A stretch of 64,000 nt of DNA from Podarcis cretensis (Eukaryota): contig OX638158.1 of NCBI GenBank assembly GCA_951804945.1, positions 43,524,001 through 43,588,000 of the forward strand, written 5' to 3'. Below are positions 38,601 to 53,600 of the stretch, in pieces (position 1 is the stretch's first letter; each line of letters begins with the position of its first letter). Both the position numbers and the translations under genes were made by a program. The notes below the pieces were generated by a model. The model saw only the letters and a program-made list of their open reading frames with translations. It ran no database searches and was not told where the DNA came from.

Positions 38601-41600
38601 AACCCATCAATATTTTTACCAACAGGCAGTGTAGCAGAACCAATGTGTATTGTCCATCGTGCACAGATTAGGGTGTAGAGACAACACAGACATATGTTTA
38701 CTCTACTCTGGGTCTATTAAGGATGAGGAAAAGAGAAAAACAACAAGTAAAAGGAACAAAACAGCATGGACTGGCAAAATATGGCAGAATACCTACGATT
38801 TTGCACAATACTTGAAAACAAAGAGAGAGAGAGAGCTTTTAATCCCCAATACAGAGTCAACAAAAGGCACAAAGATACATAATTTCTTCTACTGTACTGA
38901 GTGGAAGGGAGGGATTATTTAGCTTCCTGGTGCAATCAAGTGTAAGTGGCCTGCTGGTGGCTTCCAAGAGATACTTGCTTCAAATTTTTGAGAAGTATTA
39001 GCCTGCAGCATTTTACTAATATTATGAATAGGACCTTTCAGTTCAAGTATCTGACCACTTTTGTTTATTCTCTCTTCCAAACATTTCAAAAACTAAATAT
39101 TGTCCCTTCAACTCTTATCTGCCAAGATGGAGAAAGATTCCTGAGTTTTCTCTATAACGTATTAATATGGTACTTTATTTATGTATGTGGTTACATTTTT
39201 TTTTACTGTTGTTTCTTTTTATTGGTATCCCATTGCTTCATATGAAAAAGTATGTCTGCAGAAAGGTACCATGGCATACTGCTGCTTGCCATTAACTGAA
39301 GAGAAAACACAAATGTTCCAGACTAGAGGAGCTGTATTTAGGGAGATCTAGAAGTAAACAAAAACATATTGACAGTAGAAAATTTTAAGTGAAAATTGCT
39401 TTGTAGGAAAGCAATGTAATGAACACTGGGTTGTATCCAACTGGATTTAGGTTAGTCATTAATTTAACTTGGTTTATTCTGAGAATAACCATTGTTGGAT
39501 ACAACTGGGGTGGCAGGAAGCTAAGTGGGAAACTGCTCAAGGAGATAAGGGAGTTAAACTAGCCCAATCCAAGTCATGGCAGCTCAAAGGTGGATTACTA
39601 AAACCATGCGTGTGGGTGGGAGGGACGGGAGGGTGTGCATGAAATGTTAGGGACTGAGGGTAGAAAAGCATAGAAGTGAGCATGGGTTTAGAATAATAGA
39701 AAAGAGGGTTCATGGATGTACAGGAGGCAAGGGGGAGAACCTCCCATAGTTGTATGAACAGGAGTACCTGATTTTCACATGGCTCAGAACCAACCAACCG
39801 AACGTGCAGGTTTCTGTTAGAACAAACATAGATTTACCTTGATATTTTGGGCATCAACATTTGCTCCAGCTTCTAGTAGAAGACTAATCACTGTGGTATT
39901 TCCTGCTAGCACTGCCCAATGTAGCGCTGTGTTCTTATGATATTTGTCTCCCAGATTCACTGAAACGTTAAAAGTAAGTAGCAACCGAGTGGGGTCCACA
40001 CTGCAAAATAAAAGCAAAATTAAATCCATAAAAACATGGACTTATCATTATCTTCATATTAATCCCAGGATCAGATCCCCTTGGAGATAATTTATTTGAT
40101 CAATACTAATCAGATTTCTTTCTCCAGTATTAAAAGCACTAATGAGCAGGGGGAGGGGATTTTCTTTCATGGAACTCTATAAAATACTCTATAAAATAAG
40201 AGCTAATGATTAGGGTTGCGTTTTTTACTCTCTGAGGCAGCATTTTATACAGAGGGGCCCAATTCCCAGAAGCGGTAAAAAAAAAAGATCATTAGCAATT
40301 TTAAGACAAGACTAGATATTTGATCTGCATTGCATGAATTAATATTCTTCCCCCTCCTTATCTCAGATGCCCAGGGGTCAATTTCAACAGGAAATCACAA
40401 AAATGACATTTCAGCTTATATCTAGGATATTAACAGAGGGAGGGAGTGAGAACACATAGTTCAGTGGTCCCCAAACCGCTATGTGCTAGATGCCGTATGA
40501 TTCTTAAATGTATTGTATTACTTCTTTTATTTCTTATATTGTATTTTATTTCATTGTATTACAATTTAAATTCCATATAATTAAAATTGTGTGCTCTTCA
40601 CAGCCACAGACCATAGTCTGAAAACCCCCAACCTGGTTTAGACATACAATTGGACCTGCCTTCAAAATGTGATGTGCCTTCTTTCGAAAACAGTATTACT
40701 ATTTAGCCCCTTTTCAAAGGTTTTATTTTTCTTAACACAGACAATACTGGTGACAGTTCAATCTGAAGAATATTTGACTACTCAGAAAACACACAAAAAA
40801 ATAGCCAGCTTCTGCTCAGAGTAGACTACTGAAATTAGCAGGGTTAGGTTAGTCATTTCAAGACTTTTTTTCAGCCAGAGCTCACCAGAACACAGTTCCA
40901 GCACCTTTCAGGTGGGTGCCATTGCCATTGTAAGAGAACAAGGGAGGTGTTCATGGTGAATTACAGTACCTCTTTTTCTAGAAAAATAGAACTGATTATG
41001 TCCATTCATTTCAAAAAGGCTTATTGTGAGTACGTTTAATGTTGGATGTAGTCCAAAGATTTTGACTCTTCTTCTCCATAATAACCTAAAGCTGGGGCAG
41101 AATTTTGAAAATGGGGGAGGTGCGCTGAACCTAGAAAATACCTTGTGTCTGTCTCTGAAGATGATAACTGGAAGGGAAGTGTGTAAAAAATCCACTTTGT
41201 GTAAATGCCACAAAGACAAATATTTTCAACATAAGTCAACAAAACATGCTAGGAATGTTGGTCCCAATGTGACATTCCTGTAATGCTGAATCGGTTTTCC
41301 TGCTCATGAATTCTTAGAAATAAAGCTCCCTTTACTAAAATAACAAAAAAAGATTAATCAGCTCTAAGGTAAAAATATATTACACATTTTGTATAGTTCA
41401 TTATTCTATTTGATTAGTACAAAAAGCTTCAGATTGGTCTAGTTTTGAATGAGCAAATTACCTGTGTGTTCTATAAGCTGCCCACATCAAAGGAGTCATT
41501 CCATTTTGATCCATCATATCTACATCCTGAAGAAAAGAGCAACAGTAATCAGACATGCACATTTATTGAAGTTGAAGAAAAAAATATCAAGGACAAACTT

Positions 41601-44600
41601 CCAGATGTCTAATCTGGAAGGGGTCAATAAATCATTATAAACCAGGGGTAGGAACCTGTGGTCCTTTGGATGTTATTGGACTCCCAAATTACATAAGCCC
41701 CAGTCACAATAGCCAATGGCCCCAGATGAAGTGAACTGTAGTCCAGGAACATCTGGAGGACCACATGTTTCCCATCTCTGTTAAATGGTGTTAAATGGTG
41801 CAGTGATGTAAATAAGCAAATATTTTAAATAGTGAGGTTTTCACACACTGCAAAATGCATAATAAACCACATTGTATGCATGTAATATAAGAGATCAAAC
41901 ATCATAATATATGCTACAGCACCATCTGCTGTTACAACTCTGCCATTTTTGCAAATGAACTACCCAAATAATAATATGTACATCTTCCAATCAGAATTAA
42001 CAATGAAGTAGGAGGAATGAAATAATCACACTGGGCAGGATCCAAAGAAATGTTCGACTGGTTCTGTGGACCCACTACTGTTTCTTGAACAGATGGCTTC
42101 CATGCCATGTTTCAAACAGCTTTCAAAGAGGAGGGAACCTTGTACATCATACATTTTGTGCAATGTAAGAAAGTTAAGAATCAAGAATATTCTACTCTAT
42201 AGGTACAAGACTTTGGCAGTTTGACTAAAGGAATCTTTGGATGTGAACAATAATCTGAAATTCCTCGTGTTTAACAATATCATATTGGTTAAAGTTAATC
42301 TACAGTTCAATCCTTTTAAGTGTCACAGATGCTCAGAAATAATCTGCATATGCAGGGACAAACTCGAAAACCATGAAGATTTGATACAGGTCCATTAGAT
42401 GTAACTTTGAGCCCTGCTTGTCCCATGACAATGAATGCTTTTCAACTTGTGCAGCTCAAGGGCATGGAAAGGATCTTTGGAAATCTGAGACTTACCACAT
42501 CTGTGCCAGATCCCTGCCCTTCCTGGCTCATTAAAGGGCCAGTGGGTCATGGGTTGAGTGGATAAAGGGAGTGATCAATGCCTTGCTTAAAACAAGGCAG
42601 GTTCTCAGCATTTATAAGACCTATACGAATTGAAAAAGCCCTCCCTGAATCCCACCATATTGGATAATTATTGGCAAGTTTCCAATATCCCATTTACTGT
42701 ATGGGCATGGTACTGGAATGTGTGGTGGTATCTCAGCTCCATGGGTTTCTTGATGAGATGGATTATATGGATCCATTTCAATATGGTTTCAGGCCTGGTT
42801 ATGGGAAACAGACAGCTTTGGTCACCTTGATGGATGACTTACAACAGGGAATTGAACTGGGGGAATATCCTTGTTGATTCTGCTAGACCTCAACTCTGAC
42901 TGCTAGACCATGGTGCTGCATCTGCACAGACCTTATATTTCATACATACATTTTATTAAGCAGATGCACTATCTAGAATACAAATGTAAGAAAAATGTAC
43001 AGCAATCAGCAGCAGGAAAAAAATGGTGCTGCATCACGGTCTGTATCTGACCATGTTGTACTCAAAACTGACAATCAGAATAGACCCACTAAAGCTCATT
43101 AATGTCAGTGGGTTTATTCAGAGTATAACTTGGTCAGGCGCAACCCAATGGATTGCATCCAACCAAGTTGCACTTGGAATAAGCCATGTTAACTAACATC
43201 GGATACAATATCATTAACACTTCTGAGGAGAAAATACATTTGAATTATAGCTACCTACCTACACATACCTACCCTTTAGATCTAGGTAAACCAGAGACTT
43301 ACATGAACAATGTACCTTAAGAATGGAACATCCTTAATATTAATTTTTATTTTTTTATTACACATTGAAATTTTACCTAGACATACTCTATTTTCCTTCC
43401 CATTCCTTTTTATTTTTAAGACTGTGCACTTTCAGGCAGGGACTGATTTATCTTTTAATACAAGTGCAACGCTTAAAAAACTTACTGACCTTATAACTGC
43501 TTGTTATCTTATTCTTCATCATCATCAATGAAAAGGAGAACAAATTAGTGTTTAACAGTAGAATGTCTTGGCCAAAAAGTGTAAAAAGAAATTATCTCCA
43601 CCTAATTAAATTCTGTAATAATGCGGACAGGATCCATTCCGGAACTCCAGTCAGATCCCGAGGTTTCCTCAACTGGAGGGACTGCTTCTGCCCATGCGTG
43701 CGGCGCTGTAGAGCACTTCTAAGCATGCATATGCGGCGAAACACTTCCGGGTTTGCCACTTTCACAACCCAAAGTTTACATTACCCAAGGGTAATGTAAG
43801 CCAAGGTGCTACTGTATGTGATCCTTGAATAATGAAGAGCTCAGAGAGAAACATGGAGTAAAATGTGGAGGTCCTACTGCTTAGGTATGGTACAACTGAT
43901 CAAGGGTTTTTATTCAAACAATGCAAAATTGATGGTGCAATCCTAAGCATGATTAATTCAGAAACAACTTTTACTAAGTTAAACAGGATTTGCTGTGAGG
44001 TAAGTGTGCAAAGAATTACAGCTCTAATAGTAGCTTATTAATCTGGAGAACAACCTCATTTTGTGATATATAAGGATGTGTTTTAAAAACCCAGGTAGAC
44101 TGGGTCTTTAGATTCTACCACCACTAAAAACTACAGAAAGTTAAGTACATACATACCTGCCCCTTGGCTATTAAATAAGCAACTATCGAGGTATGTCCAA
44201 ACTGAGCTGCCAAGTGAATACAACTACATCCTTCCCCATCAATTAATGATGGATCTGCACCGTATTTCATTAGCTGTACAACCATTGATAAATGACCCTG
44301 TCTGAAATAATAAGAATATAAGATTGAAAAAGCTTTAGACTGTAGTAAACCACATTAAGAACTTTACATTGACAAACATTAAGGTTCAACAAATCAAGAA
44401 CTCAAAAACAGGGTTTGCAATGTATTTTGAATCCTAGTTAAGCAACACAGGTTTATTTTTATTTTGGTACAAATAAATGCACATATAGAAGGAAGCAAAC
44501 ATGTATCTGATCCCCTGATATCTGGCAGAGTCATCTATCCACTAGACACTTTGTCCTAAGTTAAGGAAGACAACAGGGTTCCACAAGTAGAAAGAAGATG

Positions 44601-47600
44601 CAATGGAAAAAAATAGTGCAAACTCATAAGAGCGAGGTCATTTCGACACCATAAATTAAAAGCAATTTTATACCACTTTAACAGTCATGACTTCATTCTA
44701 AGAACTGAGATCCTGAGAACTGCAGTTTGTTGCGGATGCTGGGAATTGTAGCTCTGGGAGATGCCTCCAAACAACTCTCAGCACTCATAACAAACTACAG
44801 CTCCCAGGAGTTTTGTGGCAGGGCAAGCCATGACTGCGAAAGTGGTATAAGAGTGCTTTAAATGTATGGTGAGGATGTGAACTGAATAAGCCACCCAATG
44901 CAATAGCTGTGTTTGGAGCACATCTGTGCCAGCTGTTTATTCAGTCACACAATCCTGCGTGGATAGCACTCTACTTTGGGGTTTTGTTCCAAGAACTCAA
45001 AAACATCCTCCCACCCCAATTTTTTTAACTGCTCAAGAATAAGCTACTTTAAATATACTTAAGTCAACTTGTCCTGTTGTCAAAACCACACAGAAGATAA
45101 GAATTTTATTTGGGATATTTCTAGTCATTAACAATTTGGACAGCCAAGCACCTGGAAGTTCTATCTTTCTGTAACTAAACCAATCTGTTTTTAAAACTTC
45201 TACGTGGTTTTTATTGTCTGTGCTCATGATATATTTTTAAATATTTTGTTTTGAATAGCAGTATACAAATATATGCATACTATCTATAAACAGACTATCT
45301 ATAAATAAAATCAAGAGAAGGACATGAGTGAAAGTGCCTTTCTGTCACTGTTGTTCCCCAGAAACTCATAATCAGCAGCCCTGGCACCTACCATACAACA
45401 TCACTGGATGACCCAGATTCTAGCATGATGACAGAACAGAAGAACATCTTCATGTTCATTTTCTCCACACCCTGCATAATTTTATTTGCACATATCATCC
45501 CTGCCCCTACCCCTTATCTTCCCCCCCCAACTAAGAAACCTCAAACTTGTAACCTTTCTACATGAGGACATTTCTCCAGCCCCTTGATCATTTTGGGTGC
45601 ATTGGCTGCATCTTTTCCAGCTCTTCAATGTCCTCTCTGAGATGCAGTGATTAATAATTATCAACAAATTTCCTCTGACAAAACTGAAGAGAAAAACGCT
45701 GAAATCTTCCCCACCTTGTTGCCCAGTGAAGTGGTGTGGAGTTCAGGTCCCCTCCTAGCTGGTCAACAATAGCACCTTTTGATATGTAGTACCTGCAGTC
45801 ATAGAACAGGTGCAAATGTAGTAATGTAAGATAGTAATTAAAGACATGGTTATAAAGAGGTGTAACACATCTTAAGAGCAACTATGGAAATGAATATAAT
45901 TTCACAGCTTGCCCAGTAATTATGTTCTCCTTTATAACAGTGGCTTAAGATTAAGGAGAAACCAGGTACTTTTAGTGACTAGAGGTTAAATAACATATTT
46001 ATAATTATCATTTATTTTAACATACAGCAATTAACTAATGAAAAAAGTTTTGACATGGGAGAGTATCCATGCTATCAGCATTACTTTTTGACTGAGGAAA
46101 GAAAATCACACCACACACAAGTCCATATCCACTGTAGAGAGGAAACACTGCAATTTAAAACATCACAATTCAAGGCGCATCCTCAGAAGTCTTACGGGCA
46201 GTGTAAAGCCAGTGTCCAACATCAACCTCCTTGTACACTGAGGTCATCTGCAATGCTTTCTTTTGAGTGCCCCTCACTGATGAGGTGGATGATGACTGGA
46301 GAAAGGATATTTTCAGTTGTGACACACCATTTATGGAATTTCTCCCCCAAGAATGCTTGCCTGATGCCTATGCATCTATCTCTTTGGGACCTTAAAAGCA
46401 ATGTTTTTCATTTGTTGGTTTTTCTACATTTAACTTATTTTTTTAAAAAAATGGTCTCCCTATTCTGCTTTCTTGAGGATTTTTGTTATTTTTCATAGAA
46501 TATATATAATCTTATGAATAAAATCTCAGAAGTTGCATTTCTATAGAGCTCATCAATATGAGCAAACTGATATCTACAGTTCTAGTGAAATCCATAGCTA
46601 CTAGGAGGCTGCATAAGAAGTCTGTTGATGGTCCGCCTCCCCTCCGCACTAAGCAGTGTTCCTGTGATTCTCTGATGACCTGCCTAACAACAGATCCTTT
46701 TCAGATCAGTTAACACATGTAATGGAACATCACTGCACAGGAAAATTGAAATATACTGTTAAAAAAAATGACAACCAAAAGCCATAAGTAATGTTGACTT
46801 CATTTTTGGTATCATCTATATTTATTTATTTAGAAATATTTATAAGCTATTAATCAGAGCAGTATGCATCATAAAATTGTAGTTAAAACACACCTAACAC
46901 CTTCAAAACTATTTAAAAACAATATACATGAAATAATTATCATTACCACACAGATAAAATCAATAGGTAAGGAGTTGCAAAGGACATGTACTGCTACACT
47001 AAAACAGCGACTCCTTGCAAATGCAGAACAAATACTATGTGGCACTTGTAAAAGTGCAAGTTCTACAGATATAAGCAGTCAACTAGGCATGTGTAGGCAA
47101 TGTGATTCTTGAAGTAAACTGGCCCTAAGTTGTTATGGCATTTACATACAATTAGTAAAACCTTGAATTTGGACCAGAAAAAAACTGGCAGCCAGTGCAA
47201 ATCTTTGAGCACATGTATAATATGTTGACAGAATCTCACTCCCATCAGTAATCACGATGCAGAGTTCTGCACTAACTGCAGTTTCCAGATCAGCCACAAG
47301 GCAAGCTCCACATAAAAGTGCATTGTAGTAATGCAACCTTGAAGGAACCAATGTGGCCAAGAAGGGTCACAGTCTTATACCTGCAGAAGTTGGTAGAATG
47401 AAGCTTTGGGGAGTGACACAAAACCATGCAGTATAAAAAGTCATAGCTATTTAAATTACTTTGCTTTAATGCACTCATTTATTCTAATATAGCAGGGTTT
47501 TATTGATGTATGCTTCTAATGATGAATTCATTTTGGTAGCAGAGTACTACTTACTTCACTAAATCTAATCTATTGTTGATTGCAGCCCAGTGAAGAAGTG

Positions 47601-50600
47601 TAACATTTTCTTTATCTGGTTGCCGTACATCGTAGCCCGCTTCCACCAACTCTCGACAACGTTCATAAATTCCATACCTAGACAAAAGATTCCATTATGA
47701 TAATCAGATATTTTGGACTAATAAAGACAAAGCAGATTTGAATCCTAATATCTTATTTTATATATACTGCGTCTGTGATTTTAAAAACAAAGGACACAAT
47801 CTATAAAAAATACCAGTGTGTCCCCATGGAGCTCAGTTACTTTATTTTCCTTCCTCAGATGTTCCTTGATGCAAGCTGTAGTTTATTCACGGTCTACCCT
47901 TCACATACTTCCAAGGTCCCAGATGTCAAGTTGTGCTTGCCCTTCACAATCAATTATTTCAATAAAAACTGAATACATTTTCAGTACTGAAACCAAGGTG
48001 AGGCCAAATTTGTTGGTCATATTAGATTAATCACAGTAAGAATGTATATTTTATGATACTGTTGCAAGCCTTGCATTTTACTGTTTCTAAATACTTAAGC
48101 AAATGGAGCAAGATCTAATTAAGTCATACCTGGAGTAAACCTACTGAAATAAGTGAAAATTTACCTGCCCATTGATTTCAATAGTTCTACTCCAAGTAGG
48201 ACAAACATTGGATATCACCCATGATTAATTACTAAAGCCAAAATTGTGTATTGTCAAAATCCATTTGATTCAATGGCAGGTGGGATTGCCAAAGTTATTT
48301 TCCCCCAAACCCCACCCTCTTTCTTTTCTTTTCTTTTCTTTTCTTTTCTTTTCTTTTCTTTTCTTTCTTTCTTTCTTTCTTTGCTGCTCAGATAACGTTG
48401 AATGTGCACAAGTTAAATGCATGCAAGTTGCAGGCTTACTGTACCACACTTTAAGTATCCTAACTTATTATTACAGTGTCTTGTAAGATTCCATACTACA
48501 GTGGTACCTCGGGTTAAGAACTTAATTCGTTCTGGAGGTCCATTCTTAACCTGAAACTGTTTTTAACATGAAGCACCACTTTAGCTAATGGAGCCTCCCG
48601 CTGCTGCCACATGATTTCTGATCTCATCCTGAAGCAAAGTTCTTAACCCGAGGTACTATTTCTGGGTTAGCAGAGCCTGTAACCGGAAGCATCTTAACCT
48701 GAAGCGTCTGTAACCCGAGGTACCACTGTACTTCCACAGTTTAGACAAAATGGTTTTCAGGTTTACTTTTACACATACAAATGCAAAATTGAGGTTTACT
48801 TTGCATAACTAAAGCAAAAGTAACATAAACCTTCAATCTACTATAAACCATTAATTTTGGGCTTTACTATTAACTAAATGCACAATCTTAGCTTGTTCAG
48901 GGACAGCAGAGAAGAAAATTAGCGTTCAGATATTAAAACACTATTGCTATTTTTAGGCAAAACATTAGATGGTGCTCACTTCCACATTTCTCTTAAGTAT
49001 AAAACAGCTTTTACTAATATCTTACTGTAAAACACTATCATCACCATTTATATTTGCATGAAATCTTTTTCCAGCTGTTATCCAGTTTAACTTACAACCT
49101 GAAACTGGATCTTGGGAACAGAAGGAAGATAATTCATCTTCAATTTTATCTCATTTTGCTCTCTAAGTTATCACATTTGTAAGACAAACACCTTTATTCT
49201 AGTATTACAGCTATGGGAAGAACAATGCACACTCTGCATGACCGTGATTCTATTAAGTAAATCTTAACACTAGACTGTGAAGAGGGGGGAAATATAGAAG
49301 AGATTAAATACAAATTCCTCTTCTCTTGGCACTTCCATTATTAAAACTGCTGTTGGTGGCTCTCTGCATAGGTACCTGCTTGAATGAAGAGCTATGATTT
49401 AAGTTAAGTATAATCATACCTGAGAAATGAGAGAAGGCAGAAAAATAGCTACATCAATCAAGGTGTACTGTTTCCATGGTGTAGTGCAGGGGTCACCAAT
49501 GCATCACCTACAAGCACCAGCGTGTCTGCCAATACTTCCTATGTCTGCAAAAGGTCTCAGTAAATGTCCTCTCAAAACTCCACAATGCACAAGTGACTGT
49601 TTGCTCTTCCTTTGTTTCCACTTGTGCTGGGTTAGTCTCTCCTACACTGAACACAGCCCCTTAAACATGTCCATATTTCAGTGGATACCAGGATTGGACA
49701 CCCACCCTCCCATCTTCCTACTTTCACACTTTAACAGTTGGTAGCAACAGCTGCAGCATTAGGAGAGTAACAGGGCAAAAGCATATATTGTAGTAATGGC
49801 TGCTGTCTTTGCAGTGTTAAGTAGCTGGCAGGAAGAGGGTAGTAGGGCTGGTGAACAGAGGACTGGTGAAATGTAACTGGGTAAAAATATACTCTGTGAC
49901 GCTTTTATTCTAATTATTTTAACACTCACATTATTGGATTCTTAAACTGAAGCTACAGACAAACAAGACTGAAGCGCATTTGCATACGCTTTCTTTCCTC
50001 CACAGACTTTTCAAGAAGTACCAGTCCAAAATTGCTGTTCCGTTCCTCAAAATCTTTATGCAGACATTTTCAGAGGATTGTTTTCCACATGGTGCCAAAA
50101 TAGACAAGCTGTCAAATAAACCCACTTACTGTGTAGCTTTGACGATATCCCATGTGCTATAATCATCAATGTGACTTTTGCGCCCAAGAGATTCACTGTA
50201 TCCATGGGTATAATGTGCTTGGGGCTTGATTTCCTACAAAAAGAAGTTCATCACACTATTAGATTCATTTTAAGATTTCTAAAACAGAAGAAAAACTCTG
50301 CTGCATCAGGCAATTGGTCCATCCATTCCAGCATGCTGTTTCCCCAGAGTGGTTGCAGCAAACCCGCTCTTAACTACAGGCTAATTTATGGTTATTTAAA
50401 GTCTGGCACTTAGAGACTTGGGGAAGTTAAACAAGAAAAAGATTTTGTTTTAGAACAAAATTGGTAAAACATAAAGTGTGCCAGGAGATAGAATTTTATC
50501 AAGAAACAGTTAAACTTATACAGTACTATATATCTTAAATTCAGTGGATGTTACAAGGTGGTATACACACAGTTTCTTCAGCTAATTATATAGGTGTTAC

Positions 50601-53600
50601 AACTTAGCTTCTAATACTTGGGTTCCTAAACAAGGTGGTTCTTTATGTCAGTTTCCCAGTCTTCTTTAAATCACACTCCTGAGGCTTCTCTAGTAGTATA
50701 ACAGACCAAGGGATCACCATACCCCTCCAACTGGTTTGGGATTCTTCTCTTTCTCTATCCCCTTCTTACTGAATGGAGAAAAGCTGATGGATTAGATATC
50801 AGTACAAAATGGTGCCAGTAATTCTCAACTGATTATGCCACATTCTGCTTCCATCTGCCATTACGTTGAGACTGGCTGTGTCACTGCACTACCATTTTGT
50901 GACTGGTGGGCATCAGCAATTTTCAGCCACCTCTAGTGGGCCCCAGACAACCCCTGACTTAAAAGAATTATTTCAACAATTCTGTGTTGATTTCAGTGCA
51001 GTTTATACTATTTAAGGCATTTGTTTCTAAATAGCAACCTGCGCTAATAAATATACTGTCTAACTCTAGATTTTGGAATCTATTCTCATGGACCAACACA
51101 ACTAGCTTTAATTTTTCAATGTAGATTTTAGGAAACCATTTTGGTTTGCTTGAAATAATTGGTATCTAGTTTAAAACACCTACTATTAGGAGGAAGGAGA
51201 TACGCAGATACACAGCAGACACAGAATATCTTCATCTTTTGCATTGTGCCAAAGCTCTCCAAATTTCCAAGCTTTCTATGTAACGGAACCCTTCAACAAA
51301 ATTGGAAACCACAACCAATGCCAGTGATGAATTCACAAAACGGACTGATGGAAAAGATTCTACAGCATTCTATTAGCCACCCCTAATTTAGGCAAAGTTG
51401 TGAACAGTAAAATGGGCCAATCCCTACATATAATGGAGATTTAGTGCGAGCCACTGCTTCCCTTATATGCATGCTTCAGTAAGATAACCCAGCTTCTGCT
51501 GCTGGGTAATTTAGAAGGGTGCCTGGCAGTTGAATTATTTGGCAAGAATCTCTTCATTTCAAACCCAATTATAGATGATAACCAATCCTTCAGGATAAGA
51601 AATCCATCTAATGTCTAGTAACAAATATTCAAATTCAGTTGGGAGAAGCTGCAAAATGTACAGCAGACTGTATACTGCAAGTACTAAAGGAACATCTTGA
51701 TTCCACCTCCTAAGGAAATGGAAAAACACTGCAGTGAGGTGGAATCAAAACTGAAGGTAGTTGCAAGCAAATATGTGGAAAAGTCAGCCAGACTGCAAGC
51801 AGGAAACAGTGGCTCAGTTTGCATGTCATTATGAAATAAAGTTAATCATTTATTAGGAACGCGCTGATTTCACCTGCTTTGCTCCTCCTCACTAGCATGA
51901 CAAACAAACCACAATTTTTGGCTTAGCTTTACATCTGATTCAAAGATTGTGGCTTGTTTTGCTCAAATAATAGTTTCTTGCGTATTTAGTAAAATCCATA
52001 ACACAATTTTAACACAATTACAGTTTAATGTGACATTTGAACAAAGCCAGTAGTTAAGAGTTTTGTTTTAGCTTACAAAGTTAACGTTAAGACAGGCTTG
52101 CACAACCTCGGCCCTCCAGATGTTTTTGGCCTACGACTCCCATGATCCCTAGCTAGCAGGACCAGTTGTCAGGGATGAAGGGAATTGTAGTCTCAAAACA
52201 TTTGGAGGGCGGAGATTGAGGAAGCCTGCGTTAAGACTTTCAAAGACACCCCTTTTAATTATAATTATTTATTTGGGTTTTTTATTGTTAGTCAATGTTC
52301 TGTTGGAAATGTTCTGAGGCCTATTTGGTTATTGGGTGAGATACAAATATAATAGTGCATTGTATCTGCTAGAGAAAGGTCACCACTGGAAAGCACTTCA
52401 GCTTGGGTAAGTCAGGGCACCTGTTTTCCCCCCAATACCCCTTATTAACTGCAGACTACGCTGCACCAGAAAAAGGCTTTTCATAAAAACTGAGACACAC
52501 TCTTCAACAATATGGAATACAGTAGAGAAAGGTGCAGTAGATGTGGCCAGTAGTGGCGGTGGAGGCAGAGAGATCAGTGAAAATTGGATGGCCTGCACTG
52601 CATAAGCAATTTCCACTAGTGCAAAGCCACAATGGATGTAACCCAATTAGCTACAGTTCAGTGGCCAATCACATGCTTTGCAAGCAAAAGATCTCAGGTT
52701 TAATCCCTGGCCTAGAATCTCCATGTAAAGTTGGGAAAATATGCTACAACAGCAGCAAGAATACTTATTGCAAAGTACTGGAAGACACAAGATCTACCCA
52801 CCCGGGAAGAATGGCAGATGAAGGTGATGGACTACATGGAACTGGCGGAAATGACTGGCAGAATCCGAGACCAGGGAGAAGAGTCGGTGGAAGAAGATTG
52901 AAAGAAATTTAAAGATTATCTACAGAAATATTGTAAAATTAAGGAATGTTAGAAAGATGTTGGAATGAAGTTACATGGCTTTAGCAGAAATGTTATAAAG
53001 AATTAAGTATAATAGATTGTAATTGGATTAAAGGAAAAAATAATGTTAGAATTTGTTAAGTTAAATGATAGGACAGAAGTTTGAGGAAGATGGAAAGGAT
53101 TTGCTGAAACAATTAATCGAAGTGGAATACAAAAAAAGGGAGGTGTGAGGAGGTCGCTGAAACAAGTAAAAGAAAGTTAATAACATTGAAAGTATAGGTT
53201 GTGTTTCTTTTTTCTTTTCTTTTTTTAATTGTTTTTGTTTTATTTTTGTTATGTATATGTAATATTTTTGTTTTTGTATTGTACTGTATGGTTTTGTTAT
53301 GTTTAATTCTTTTTCCTTTTCCTTTCTGTAACTTTTAAAACTTTAATAAATATTATTTTTTTTAAAAAAAGTAAAGTTGGGAAAATATTTCCGTCTGATG
53401 GATCAGTGGTCTGACTTGGTATAAGGCAGCTTCTTATATCCCAAACCCAGTATACTCACTCGAACAATGTACTCCAATGCTTTGCTGTGGTTATACACAA
53501 ATTATTACTCCTGCTACCAATTATCTTCGTTTAACTAACAATTGTTTTCAGTTTGATTTCAGTTATTTATTAGTTTACAAACTTGGCCAATTATTTTGAA

